Shown here piece by piece: positions 28,029 to 36,829 of a DNA stretch of 64,000 nt; the first letter of the stretch is position 1, and every line of letters starts with the position of its first letter. Source of the DNA: Mogibacterium sp. (GTDB lineage: Bacteria; Bacillota; Clostridia; Peptostreptococcales; Anaerovoracaceae); contig JAFWHB010000003.1 of the NCBI GenBank assembly GCA_017512145.1, forward strand, positions 7,629 to 71,628, in the 5' to 3' direction. The notes beneath the pieces are model-generated. The model searched no databases. It was given only the letters and a program-made list of their open reading frames with translations, and was not told the DNA's origin. The position numbers were made by a program, and so were the translations under genes.

Positions 28029-28796
28029 ATGGAATTAATAAGAGCTTTATTCAAAGAGACGCTGGATCTTATATATCCTCCGTCTCTTTACTGCATTTGC
28101 TGCGGTAAGATAATAGACCAGACAAGAACATACAGACTCTGCAATGACTGCATGGACGGCCTCAAATGGATAGGGGACAGGACATGCAGGAAATGCGGCA
28201 AACGCCTCTCATCTGTCAATCCGGGGGAGGTTTGTTTTAACTGCAGAGAACACGGGCACTCCTTTGATTTCGGTTATACCTGCACAGAATACGGAACTCA
28301 TGAGAGGGCGATGGTGTTCTCTCTTAAATATGACGGCAGAACCGACATCGCGGATACGATCGGAGAGATCATGTACGACAGGATGGCGGCAGAATTCGGC
28401 AGCGATGGACTTGCATCGAATTACGACATCATCGTGCCTGTTCCGGTGCACCGCAGCAAGCGGGAAACAAGAGGCTTCAACCAGGCGATGCTCATCGCAT
28501 GCAGCTTCTGCAGAAGGGCCGGCCTCAGGGCGGATGATGACATTCTGGTCAGAGTCAGGCAGACACATATCATGAGATCCCTCGGACCTGATGAAAGACG
28601 CGAGAACATAAGAGGAGCCTTTGAGATCAGAAAGAGAAGGATCCCAGACATCCAGGGCAAGAGGATACTCATCATAGACGACATCTACACGACAGGCGCG
28701 ACAGCCGATGAGATCGCGGCACTTCTCAAATCCGGCGGAGCTGCTTCTGTAGATATACTTTCCTTCGCAGCCGGAGCAGACATGGTCAAATCCTGA
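28029..28796 (+). CDS. comFC: ComF-family phosphoribosyltransferase-like protein
   Basis: N-terminal CxxC x4 zinc-finger region and PRTase motif ILIIDDIYTTGAT. Confidence 0.85.
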   Translation: MELIRALFKETLDLIYPPSLYCICCGKIIDQTRTYRLCNDCMDGLKWIGDRTCRKCGKRLSSVNPGEVCFNCREHGHSFDFGYTCTEYGTHERAMVFSLKYDGRTDIADTIGEIMYDRMAAEFGSDGLASNYDIIVPVPVHRSKRETRGFNQAMLIACSFCRRAGLRADDDILVRVRQTHIMRSLGPDERRENIRGAFEIRKRRIPDIQGKRILIIDDIYTTGATADEIAALLKSGGAASVDILSFAAGADMVKS

Positions 28797-28821
28797 CAGG
28801 ATGTTCCCTTGTCAGGTTTTT
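28792..28821 (+). terminator. Rho-independent terminator overlapping the comFC stop
   Basis: cctgacagg / ccttgtcagg 9-bp stem (one G-U, which specifies the plus strand) followed by TTTTT. Confidence 0.8.
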
Positions 28822-28829
28822 GTGGTAGA

Positions 28830-29015
28830 ATAGGTGGTGATCGGGCGGGCATGTTCGTGGTTGAAAGTCCAGGCCAGATACGGGCAAAGGGATCCACGTA
28901 AGCAGTCAGCAGGAAGCGGCTGTGATCATGGCGTATCTTAGAAGTAAGTCCTCCGGAAACCGGGTTAAGGCAAGTGTGGGGTCAAAGACCAGGTCGAGTG
29001 CCCCGCCGGATCGGC
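28830..29015 (+). ncRNA. GC-rich structured RNA candidate; its position after comFC and before hpf matches the raiA-motif RNA class
   Basis: Long-range closing helix 28839-28849 / 29002-29012. Nested helices cgtgg/ccacg (28856-60/28894-98), cagc/gctg and ccgg-aaa-ccgg. No plausible ORF or RBS. Flanking DNA is AT-rich. Confidence 0.5.
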
Positions 29016-29047
29016 TCTATTGTGTGAAATATTAGCGAAGAACAGAT

Positions 29048-29079
29048 ACATTTATTGACAGAGAAATGTCAATAAATGT
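29048..29079. promoter_or_regulatory. Perfect 13-bp inverted repeat (operator candidate) overlapping a TTGACA -35 box
   Basis: ACATTTATTGACA gagaaa TGTCAATAAATGT, followed by TATTAT as a -10 candidate. Confidence 0.55.
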
Positions 29080-29147
29080 ATTATTAATATAACAAGAATT
29101 AGACCGCGGTCTAAAATCAAGTCCAACACTTTCCATAACAATCAGAA

Positions 29148-30059
29148 ATGCACGCAATTACAAATATTCAGAAGTATTCAATACACGATGGCGATGGCAT
29201 CAGGACAACTGTTTTCTTCAAGGGTTGTCACCTCAGATGCCAGTGGTGCCACAATCCCGAGACGCAGAGATTCGAGCCGGAGCTTCAGGTAGATATTCCT
29301 AAGTGCACCGGATGCGGAAGATGCGTCAAAGTTTGCCCTCAGGGCGCAATCAGTATCTCAGCCGAAGGCAAGTCAGTAACCGACAGAGATAAATGTATCA
29401 TCTGCGGTAAGTGCGTCAATGCATGTCTCGGCAATTACCGTACTGTCGTAGGACAGGAATATACTGTTAAGGAACTCGTGAAGAAGTGCCTTCAGGATCA
29501 GATGTTCTATGAAGAATCAGGCGGAGGCGTTACTCTCTCAGGCGGTGAAGTCATGGCCATGGATACAGAGTACATTCAGGCTTTGTGCAAGGCTCTTCAC
29601 AGAGAGGGAATATCCGTAACCATAGATACGTGCGGACAGGCGCCTTACAGCAACTATGAGGCGATAATCCCTTATGTAGACACCTGGCTGTACGATGTGA
29701 AGGTCATGGATGACGATCTCCACAAGAAGTACATGGGTATGGGCAACAAGCTCATACTGGAGAACCTTGTCAGACTTGCGAAGACAGGTGCGAGAATATA
29801 CATACGCATCCCTGTGGTCAAGGAGGTCAACGGCAACTGGGAATCAATGGCGGACATCATTGACTTCCTCAAGAAGAACGACATAAGACCGCCGCAGGTC
29901 AATCTCCTGCCTTATCACAGCACAGGTTCCCACAAGTATGGCAAACTCGGAATGGAGTATCCGGGACAGCTTCTTACAACCCCGACAGATGAGGAGATGC
30001 AGGACTTTGTCAGACAGTGGAACGAAGCAGGCTTCTCAAATGTCAAGATAGGCGGATAA
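29148..30059 (+). CDS. Glycyl-radical enzyme activating protein (radical SAM, with extra ferredoxin-like clusters)
   Basis: CHLRCQWCHNPE radical-SAM motif, plus CTGCGRCVKVCP and CIICGKCVNAC. Confidence 0.9.
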   Translation: MHAITNIQKYSIHDGDGIRTTVFFKGCHLRCQWCHNPETQRFEPELQVDIPKCTGCGRCVKVCPQGAISISAEGKSVTDRDKCIICGKCVNACLGNYRTVVGQEYTVKELVKKCLQDQMFYEESGGGVTLSGGEVMAMDTEYIQALCKALHREGISVTIDTCGQAPYSNYEAIIPYVDTWLYDVKVMDDDLHKKYMGMGNKLILENLVRLAKTGARIYIRIPVVKEVNGNWESMADIIDFLKKNDIRPPQVNLLPYHSTGSHKYGKLGMEYPGQLLTTPTDEEMQDFVRQWNEAGFSNVKIGG

Positions 30060-30130
30060 TTACAAGCTAAGCTTGAAGGAATATAACAACAAATATCTAA
30101 TATATCACCTTACATTCACGGAGGAATATC

Positions 30131-32503
30131 ATGGAAGAACGCGGAATGAATGCAAGAATCAAGGCGCTTCGCAAGGTCAGCATGGAGACACAGCCACACA
30201 TCGACCTCGAGAGAGCAAAGATCGAAACAGAAGTTTATAAGGAATGGGAAGACAAGGTTTCTCTGCCTGTTCTCAGAGCACTCGTTCTTAAGGAGTACTT
30301 CAGCAAGAAGACTCTTTATCTTGGCGAGGGAGAGCTGATCGTAGGCGAGAAGGGTAAGGATCCGCAGTCCTCACCTACATTCCCTGAACTTACATGTCAT
30401 ACACTTGAAGATATGCACATCATGAACGACAGAGCAGTTGTTAACTACACTGTCACTGAGCAGGATCTCAAGGATCAGGAAGAGATCATCATCCCTTACT
30501 GGAAGGGTAAGTCAATGAGAGACAAGCTGCTCGCAAGCATGACAGACGAGTGGAAGGAATGCTATGCTGCAGGAATGTTCACAGAGTTCATGGAGCAGAG
30601 AGGTCCTGGACATACTTGCGGAGGCAAGAATGTATTCATCAAGGGCTATGCTGATTACAAGATCGAGATCCAGGAAGCAATCGATGCACTCGATTTCATG
30701 AATGACCCTGAAGCTCTTGCTAAGAAGGACGAGCTCGAAGCTATGCTCATCGACTGCGATGCAGTAATGATCCTCGGCCAGAGATATCATGACCTCCTCA
30801 AGGAAGAGGCTGCAAAGTGCGAAGATCCTGTCCGCAAGGCTGAACTCGAGCAGATGGCTGCAAACCTTGAAGTCGTTCCTGCTCACAAGCCACAGACATA
30901 CTGGCAGGCAATCCAGCTTTACTGGTTTACACACCTTGCTGTAACAACAGAGCTCAACCCATGGGATGCTTTCAGCCCGGGAAGACTCGACCAGCATCTG
31001 TTCCCATACTATGAGAAGGACGTAGAAGACGGCATCCTTGATGACGAGAGAGCTCTTGAACTTCTCGAGTGCCTCTGGGTCAAGTTCAACAACCAGCCTG
31101 CACCAGTCAAGGTAGGCGTAACACTCAAGGAGAGCGGAACCTACACTGACTTTGCCAACATCAACACAGGCGGAATCAAAGAAGACGGAACTAACGGCGT
31201 TAACGCTGTCAGCTATCTTATCCTCGACTGCATGGATGAGATGAAGCTCGTTCAGCCTAACTCCAACGTTCAGATCAGCAAGAAGACTCCTCAGAAGTTC
31301 CTCAAGAGAGCTTGTGAGATTTCAAGAAAAGGCTGGGGACAGCCGGCATTCTACAACACTGATGAGATCGTACAGGAGCTCCTCAACGCAGGTAAGACTC
31401 TTGACGACGCAAGACAGGGCGGTTCATCAGGCTGTGTAGAGACTGGTTCATGGGGCAACGAGGCATACATCCTGACAGGATACCTCAACATCCCTAAGAT
31501 CTTCCAGCTCACAATGTACAATGGCTTTGACAATCAGTCCGGCAAGCAGCTCGGTCTCAAGACTGGCGATGTAAGGGACTTCAAGTCATATGATGAGCTC
31601 TGGGATGCTTTCAAGAAGCAGCTCCACCACATGGTAGACATCAAGGTTCGCGGCAACAATGTGATCGAGAAGCTTTACGCTAATTACATGCCGGCACCAT
31701 GCCTGTCGATCGTTACTAACGACTGTATCAAGAAGGGCAAGGACTACAACAATGGCGGATCAAGATACAACACCAGATATATCCAGGGTGTAGGTATCGG
31801 AACCATCACAGACTGCCTCAGCGCAATCAAGTACAATGTATTTGACAACAAGAACTTCACCATGGAAGAGCTTGTCAAGGCTATGGATGACAACTTCGAA
31901 GGACACGAAGAGATCTTCAACATGGTATGCAACAAGACTCCTAAGTATGGTAACGATGATGACTATGCTGATGACATCATGCAGGATGTATTCAAGCTCT
32001 ACAGAGACGAAGTAACAGGCCGTCCTACAATGAGCGGCGGACAGTATCATGTAGACATGCTTCCTACAACATGCCACATCTACTTCGGAGAGGTCATCGG
32101 AGCAACAGCTAACGGCAGACTTGCTAATAAGCCTGTTTCGGAAGGTATCTCACCTGAGAAGTTCGCTGATACAAACGGCCCTACAGCTGTAATCAAGTCC
32201 TGCGCTAAGATGGACCACTGCTCAACAGGCGGAACTCTTCTTAACCAGAAGTTCACACCGAGCGCTATCGCTGGCGAGACAGGCCTTGACAACCTTGCAA
32301 GCCTTATCCGTACATACTTTGCAATGGATGGACACCACATCCAGTTCAACGTATTCGATAAGGAGACACTGCTCGAGGCACAGAAGCATCCGGATGATTA
32401 CAAGGATCTCATCGTCCGTGTAGCAGGTTACTCTGACTACTTCAGGAACCTCGATGAGGAGCTCCAGAACGAGATCATCAACCGTACAGCTCAGAGCTTC
32501 TAA
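30131..32503 (+). CDS. Glycyl radical enzyme, PFL2/glycerol-dehydratase clade (790 aa; candidate hydroxyproline-dehydratase-like)
   Basis: C-terminal glycyl-radical motif VRVAGYSDYF and catalytic-Cys loop GGSSGCVETG. The length fits HypD-type enzymes. Substrate cannot be established from sequence alone. Confidence 0.85.
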   Translation: MEERGMNARIKALRKVSMETQPHIDLERAKIETEVYKEWEDKVSLPVLRALVLKEYFSKKTLYLGEGELIVGEKGKDPQSSPTFPELTCHTLEDMHIMNDRAVVNYTVTEQDLKDQEEIIIPYWKGKSMRDKLLASMTDEWKECYAAGMFTEFMEQRGPGHTCGGKNVFIKGYADYKIEIQEAIDALDFMNDPEALAKKDELEAMLIDCDAVMILGQRYHDLLKEEAAKCEDPVRKAELEQMAANLEVVPAHKPQTYWQAIQLYWFTHLAVTTELNPWDAFSPGRLDQHLFPYYEKDVEDGILDDERALELLECLWVKFNNQPAPVKVGVTLKESGTYTDFANINTGGIKEDGTNGVNAVSYLILDCMDEMKLVQPNSNVQISKKTPQKFLKRACEISRKGWGQPAFYNTDEIVQELLNAGKTLDDARQGGSSGCVETGSWGNEAYILTGYLNIPKIFQLTMYNGFDNQSGKQLGLKTGDVRDFKSYDELWDAFKKQLHHMVDIKVRGNNVIEKLYANYMPAPCLSIVTNDCIKKGKDYNNGGSRYNTRYIQGVGIGTITDCLSAIKYNVFDNKNFTMEELVKAMDDNFEGHEEIFNMVCNKTPKYGNDDDYADDIMQDVFKLYRDEVTGRPTMSGGQYHVDMLPTTCHIYFGEVIGATANGRLANKPVSEGISPEKFADTNGPTAVIKSCAKMDHCSTGGTLLNQKFTPSAIAGETGLDNLASLIRTYFAMDGHHIQFNVFDKETLLEAQKHPDDYKDLIVRVAGYSDYFRNLDEELQNEIINRTAQSF

Positions 32504-32520
32504 TAATATAAATTAAGTGA

Positions 32521-32545
32521 AAGGGGCATTCGTGCCCCTTTTTAT
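32521..32545 (+). terminator. Rho-independent terminator
   Basis: aggggca ttcg tgcccct followed by TTTTT. Confidence 0.85.
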
Positions 32546-32702
32546 ATTTGTTTAATAATTGACACCTGGTACACACATTTGGACTCCTTTGTATGCTATA
32601 ATAAATGTGAGCAAATATCGCCGCCCTGATGAGAGCGGATTACCGTCTCGATGGACCGGCGGTATGATAGGCTCTAGACTATATAATGAGGAGGTCCAGG
32701 AT

Positions 32703-33236
32703 ATGAAGATCCAGATTTCGGCTAAGAATTACCCAATGAGCGACAAGCTCAGCACCTACATCGAGAAGAAACTTGGCAAACTCGACAAATACTTCAACGA
32801 AGATGTAACAGCCAATGTAGTAGTATCCAAGCTTAGAGAGACACCTAAGTTCGAGGCAACGATCAATGCTAAACAGGCTGTTTTCAGAGCTGAGATGGCT
32901 AATGACAGCATCTATGATGCAGTAGATATGGCCACAGACAAGCTCGCCAACCAGATGTCCAAGCTCAAGGGCAAGCTGGAGGCAAGATATAAAGAGAACA
33001 AGGCCCTCAAACTCGAATTCGTTCCAGAACCTGAATCAGAAGAACTCGAAGATGAGATGGTCATCGTAAGAAGGAAGGAAGTAGAACTTGAGCCTATGGT
33101 AGCAGAAGAGGCTATTCTCCAGATGGAGATGCTCGGACATGACTTCTTCGTCTTCCTGGATATGGATACAGACGCAGTAAGCGTTGTTTACAGACGTAAG
33201 GGCAATGCATACGGCCTGATTGAGACAGACAGATAA
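32703..33236 (+). CDS. hpf: Ribosome hibernation promoting factor (long HPF / RaiA family)
   Basis: MKIQISAKN start, S30AE fold region and long-HPF C-terminal dimerisation domain (DFFVFLD...VVYRRKGNAYGLIE). GAGGAGG RBS. Confidence 0.9.
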   Translation: MKIQISAKNYPMSDKLSTYIEKKLGKLDKYFNEDVTANVVVSKLRETPKFEATINAKQAVFRAEMANDSIYDAVDMATDKLANQMSKLKGKLEARYKENKALKLEFVPEPESEELEDEMVIVRRKEVELEPMVAEEAILQMEMLGHDFFVFLDMDTDAVSVVYRRKGNAYGLIETDR

Positions 33237-33272
33237 TTCTATATTTAATAACTAGTTAAAGGGGATCAAAGT

Positions 33273-34895
33273 ATGGGTCAGAAGGACTGGGATCCGGATG
33301 ATCTTCTGGATTTTGACTACGGACATCCTGTAGGCAGAGACAAGGCTCAGAAGAGCCAGGGAGGATCACAGAGATCAAGTCAGGATTACAGAGGCGGACA
33401 GAGTAACTCAGACAGACACTACGAAGAACTGAGACAATACGAAGCATTAAGACACAGCGATAAACAGGCTGAGGCTCAGCCTGTTTATTCGAGTGCGTCA
33501 TACTCTGGTGCGCCGGAAGAGATTGGTAAGTCTCGCAAGGCTGCGAAGGCAGCTGCCAAGAGAAAGAAGAAGAAGTCAGCTGCCGAAGGACAGGCTGCTG
33601 TCAGGGCTTCACAGGCAAGACGTACTCCTGAAGAGGCAGCTGCTCTCAAGCAAGCTCAGCAAGAGGCTTATGACAGATATCGCAGCACTTACTCCAAGAA
33701 CACAATGAAGAAGGCCAGACGCAAGAAGGCCAGCATCCTCACAAGAGGGCTTTCTATCATATATCTGATAGCAGCTGCTGTTTTCCTTGCAGTCATGACT
33801 ATCATGGATATCATTCCGTTCGGAGTGCTGGCGGCTCTCTATGGAGTGCTGGGACTGCTGAGCCTTATCATTGTTATTCAGCTTCGCAAGCCTAATGTCA
33901 GGAGATGGGTCAGGTCGCTGGCCACTCTTACAGCTCTCGCGCTGATAGCTGTATACGGAGTAGGGTCAGCCTATGCAATGGGAACTCTTTCGTTCCTCGA
34001 TTTCACTTCTGTAGCTAATGACAAGAAGGTCGCTTCTGTTACCAAGCAGCCATTCAATGTCTGCATAACAGGAATGGACGTTAAGGGCAAGATCGATACA
34101 GAGGGAAGATCCGATGTCAATATGATAGTAACGGTCAACCCTAAGACATATCAGATTCTTATGACATCTATTCCAAGAGACTATCAGATCTACATGCCTG
34201 ACAAGGACTATGCTATGGACAAGCTGACACATACCGGTTTCTATGGTGTCGGAACAACCATAGGAGCAGAGGAAGACCTGCTTGACACGAGTATCAACTA
34301 CTTTGTCAAAGTCAACTTCTCCACAGTCCAGAAGTTCATCGATGCAATAGGCGGTGTCGATGTCTATTCAGAATATGAATTCACTCCTGTCAAGCTCAAG
34401 TCCTGGACAGTACAGGAGGGAATGAACCACATGAACGGCAAACAGGCTCTTGCTTTCGCAAGAGAGAGAAAAGCCTTCGTGTCCGGAGACAACCAGAGAA
34501 TCAAGAACCAGCAGGCTGTATTCGAGGCCATGATCAAGAAGGCAACGAGCAGCAAGACAATGGTTCTCAGCTACAACAAGATCATCTCCAGTCTCAAGGA
34601 CTATTTCCAGATGAGCGTCAGCTCCGCAGAATTCAGATCGCTGATTAAGCTGCAGCTCGGTAAGAATCCTGACTGGAAGATATACAAGAATGCTCTTGTC
34701 GGAGACAATGGATCCGAGAGGACATACTCCACAGGCAATGCATATGCATATGTAATGCTCCAGGATCAGGAGAGCATAGATAACGCCAAGGCACTGATAA
34801 ATGCTGTCATGAACGGCGACACGCTTGACAAGGACGAGGACGGCAATGTTTACGTTGTCAATGCTGAGGGCGAATCAGAATCAACAGACGAATAA
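33273..34895 (+). CDS. LCP (LytR-CpsA-Psr) family protein with a long disordered basic N-terminus
   Basis: TM segment followed by the LCP core (TSIPRD...KLTH...FARERK). Confidence 0.8.
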   Translation: MGQKDWDPDDLLDFDYGHPVGRDKAQKSQGGSQRSSQDYRGGQSNSDRHYEELRQYEALRHSDKQAEAQPVYSSASYSGAPEEIGKSRKAAKAAAKRKKKKSAAEGQAAVRASQARRTPEEAAALKQAQQEAYDRYRSTYSKNTMKKARRKKASILTRGLSIIYLIAAAVFLAVMTIMDIIPFGVLAALYGVLGLLSLIIVIQLRKPNVRRWVRSLATLTALALIAVYGVGSAYAMGTLSFLDFTSVANDKKVASVTKQPFNVCITGMDVKGKIDTEGRSDVNMIVTVNPKTYQILMTSIPRDYQIYMPDKDYAMDKLTHTGFYGVGTTIGAEEDLLDTSINYFVKVNFSTVQKFIDAIGGVDVYSEYEFTPVKLKSWTVQEGMNHMNGKQALAFARERKAFVSGDNQRIKNQQAVFEAMIKKATSSKTMVLSYNKIISSLKDYFQMSVSSAEFRSLIKLQLGKNPDWKIYKNALVGDNGSERTYSTGNAYAYVMLQDQESIDNAKALINAVMNGDTLDKDEDGNVYVVNAEGESESTDE

Positions 34896-34926
34896 TATAC
34901 ATACGAATAATTTATAGGGAAGACAC

Positions 34927-35766
34927 ATGATCGACAATTTGACAGGACTGCTAATGAGTATCAAGATAACCGATGTCATAGACATCGTTATCGTAGCATT
35001 TCTCCTGTACAAGCTGTTTGGCTTCATCAAAGAGACAAGAGCACAGCAGCTTCTCAGGGGCGTGCTTTTGATTGTCGGCATATTCCTTATGTCAGAAATC
35101 CTTGATCTGAGTCTTCTGAACTGGCTCCTTACAAGGCTCATCACCGTAGGTCTCATTGCTGTGGTAATTCTGTTCCAGCCTGAGATAAGAAGGGGACTCG
35201 AGCAGATCGGCCGGAGAGGCGTACTTACAAGTACATTCAGAGATATCGGTAAGGAGGAATCCTTCGCTACCGTGCACAAGATCGTCGATGCCGTTGATGA
35301 TTTCTCATCGACCAGGACAGGCGCTCTTATGGCCATCGAGAGAGAGACCATGCTCACGGATATTGTTGAGACCGGCGTAGTTATTGACGGAGAAATCTCA
35401 GTAAGACTTCTCGGCAATCTGTTCTATGAAGGTTCTCCGCTCCATGACGGAGCCGTAATCATCAGAGGAACCAAGATTTACGCAGCGAGTTGCGTGCTTC
35501 CTCTCACAAGCCGCACAAGTATCGGCAAGAACCTCGGAACAAGACACAGAGCAGGTGTCGGACTTAGCGAGGTTTCAGATGCATTTGTCATAATCGTTTC
35601 GGAGGAGACAGGAGCGATCTCGGTTGCTCAGAATGGTACTCTGAGGAGATTCCTTGACCTCAAGACTCTTGAGAAGATGCTCCTCGATGTGTATATGCCT
35701 TCAGGTGAAGACACAGATATCCTTTCAAGAATCCTGAAAGGAGGTGGACTCTTTGGCAGAAAATAA
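34927..35766 (+). CDS. cdaA: Diadenylate cyclase CdaA
   Basis: Three N-terminal TM segments plus a DAC domain (DGAVIIRG, TRHRAG, IIVSEETG). Confidence 0.9.
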   Translation: MIDNLTGLLMSIKITDVIDIVIVAFLLYKLFGFIKETRAQQLLRGVLLIVGIFLMSEILDLSLLNWLLTRLITVGLIAVVILFQPEIRRGLEQIGRRGVLTSTFRDIGKEESFATVHKIVDAVDDFSSTRTGALMAIERETMLTDIVETGVVIDGEISVRLLGNLFYEGSPLHDGAVIIRGTKIYAASCVLPLTSRTSIGKNLGTRHRAGVGLSEVSDAFVIIVSEETGAISVAQNGTLRRFLDLKTLEKMLLDVYMPSGEDTDILSRILKGGGLFGRK

Positions 35767-36751
35767 CCACACCTTTCTTAAATCATTAGTAGCTCTTCTG
35801 ATTGCAACCTGCGCATGGGCATTTGTTGTTTACAACTATGACCCGACAACAAGAGTGACATATACCAACGTTCCGGTTACTTTCATCGGAGAGGACACAC
35901 TTGCCGATAAGGGCTACGGAGTCGTCAGCGCAAGTTATGAGTCGATATATGTCGAACTCGAACAGAAGAGAGTCGAATCAACGAAGATATCAGCAGATAA
36001 TATTTCTGTCATTGCAGATGTAAGCAGTGCCGTCGAAGGCAAGAACGGAATAACCCTTGACATCTCGGGCCCTGATGGAACTCAGGTCATTGACAGCGAA
36101 GTGAGGTCGATTGCCGTAGATGTAGAGAGGGCAGAGCGAGTAGAGGTAGATATCGCAATACAATACAGGGATACCGGTGAAACAGCTGCAGAGCCGATCG
36201 CTACAAGACTGACTTCGACCAAAGCTACTGTAATCGGTGCCAAATCTCTTGCTGAGAATGCCGACAAGGCTATCGCTTATCTCGATATCACTGACACCAA
36301 TGCCGGAGCAGGAACCTTTACAAGGGACCTTGTAGCGGTAGATTCATCCGGCGAAATCATTCCGCATACGGTCATCTATCCGGGATCAGTCAACTTCAGT
36401 GCGTCGCTTGGATATACCAAGTCAGTCAACGTCAATCTCAAGACCACTGATGAATCCAATGACAGCTATCTGAGATCCACCAGCAATCCTGTGAGGATCA
36501 ACATCAAGGGTGCTCCTGATGCCATAGCTGCTATCAACAGCATAGATACGGAGAACATCGATCTTACATATATTTATGAGGATACTGAGATCGAACTCAA
36601 ATACGTTCTTCCTGAAGGAATAACTCTGGCAAATGGATACGGTAGTGAGACAATTAAGGTTACCGTGACCAGGAAGCCTGAACCTGAAGAAGAGGAAGAC
36701 AAATCCGACACGGAGACATCCGAAGACAATAAGGCTGATCACGCCAACTAG
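35753..36751 (+). CDS. cdaR: YbbR-domain protein (CdaR, CdaA regulator)
   Basis: Immediately downstream of and overlapping cdaA. N-terminal TM, repeated beta-rich YbbR-like modules, acidic tail. The start is uncertain (TTG 35753 or GTG 35744). Confidence 0.7.
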   Translation: MAENNHTFLKSLVALLIATCAWAFVVYNYDPTTRVTYTNVPVTFIGEDTLADKGYGVVSASYESIYVELEQKRVESTKISADNISVIADVSSAVEGKNGITLDISGPDGTQVIDSEVRSIAVDVERAERVEVDIAIQYRDTGETAAEPIATRLTSTKATVIGAKSLAENADKAIAYLDITDTNAGAGTFTRDLVAVDSSGEIIPHTVIYPGSVNFSASLGYTKSVNVNLKTTDESNDSYLRSTSNPVRINIKGAPDAIAAINSIDTENIDLTYIYEDTEIELKYVLPEGITLANGYGSETIKVTVTRKPEPEEEEDKSDTETSEDNKADHAN

Positions 36752-36765
36752 AACTTTAACGAAGA

Positions 36766-36796
36766 AAGAGCTGCACGACCTGGTGCAGCTCTTTTC
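36766..36796. terminator. Bidirectional hairpin terminator
   Basis: aagagctgcac gacctg gtgcagctctt with an A-rich 5' flank and a T-rich 3' flank, between convergent genes. Confidence 0.8.
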
Positions 36797-36829
36797 TGAT
36801 GATCTGATATTGCAGTAATGCTCCGGGGA

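Noticed and set aside
28861-28870. A GAAAGTCC string reminiscent of the RNase P RNA P4 region.
   Set aside because: The structured region is only about 185 nt. It lacks the other universally conserved RNase P blocks, so it is too short to be RNase P RNA.
29052-32563. Short similar strings (TTATTGACA / TAATTGACA) at both edges of the GRE cassette, considered as possible insertion target duplications.
   Set aside because: Only 8 of 9 nt match, and both strings are simply -35 promoter boxes. This is insufficient evidence for a duplication.
32626-32633. CTGATGAG in the hpf leader, resembling the hammerhead ribozyme core.
   Set aside because: No matching GAAA core strand or cleavage-site helix arrangement could be drawn. 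The match is most likely chance.
32559-32702. N-terminal extensions in the ORF track: hpf from 32559, the LRR protein from 53410, hslO from 41695, and the GNAT-like gene from 40458.
   Set aside because: In each case an internal start with a good RBS matches the conserved protein N-terminus. The extensions overlap promoters, leaders or the upstream gene.
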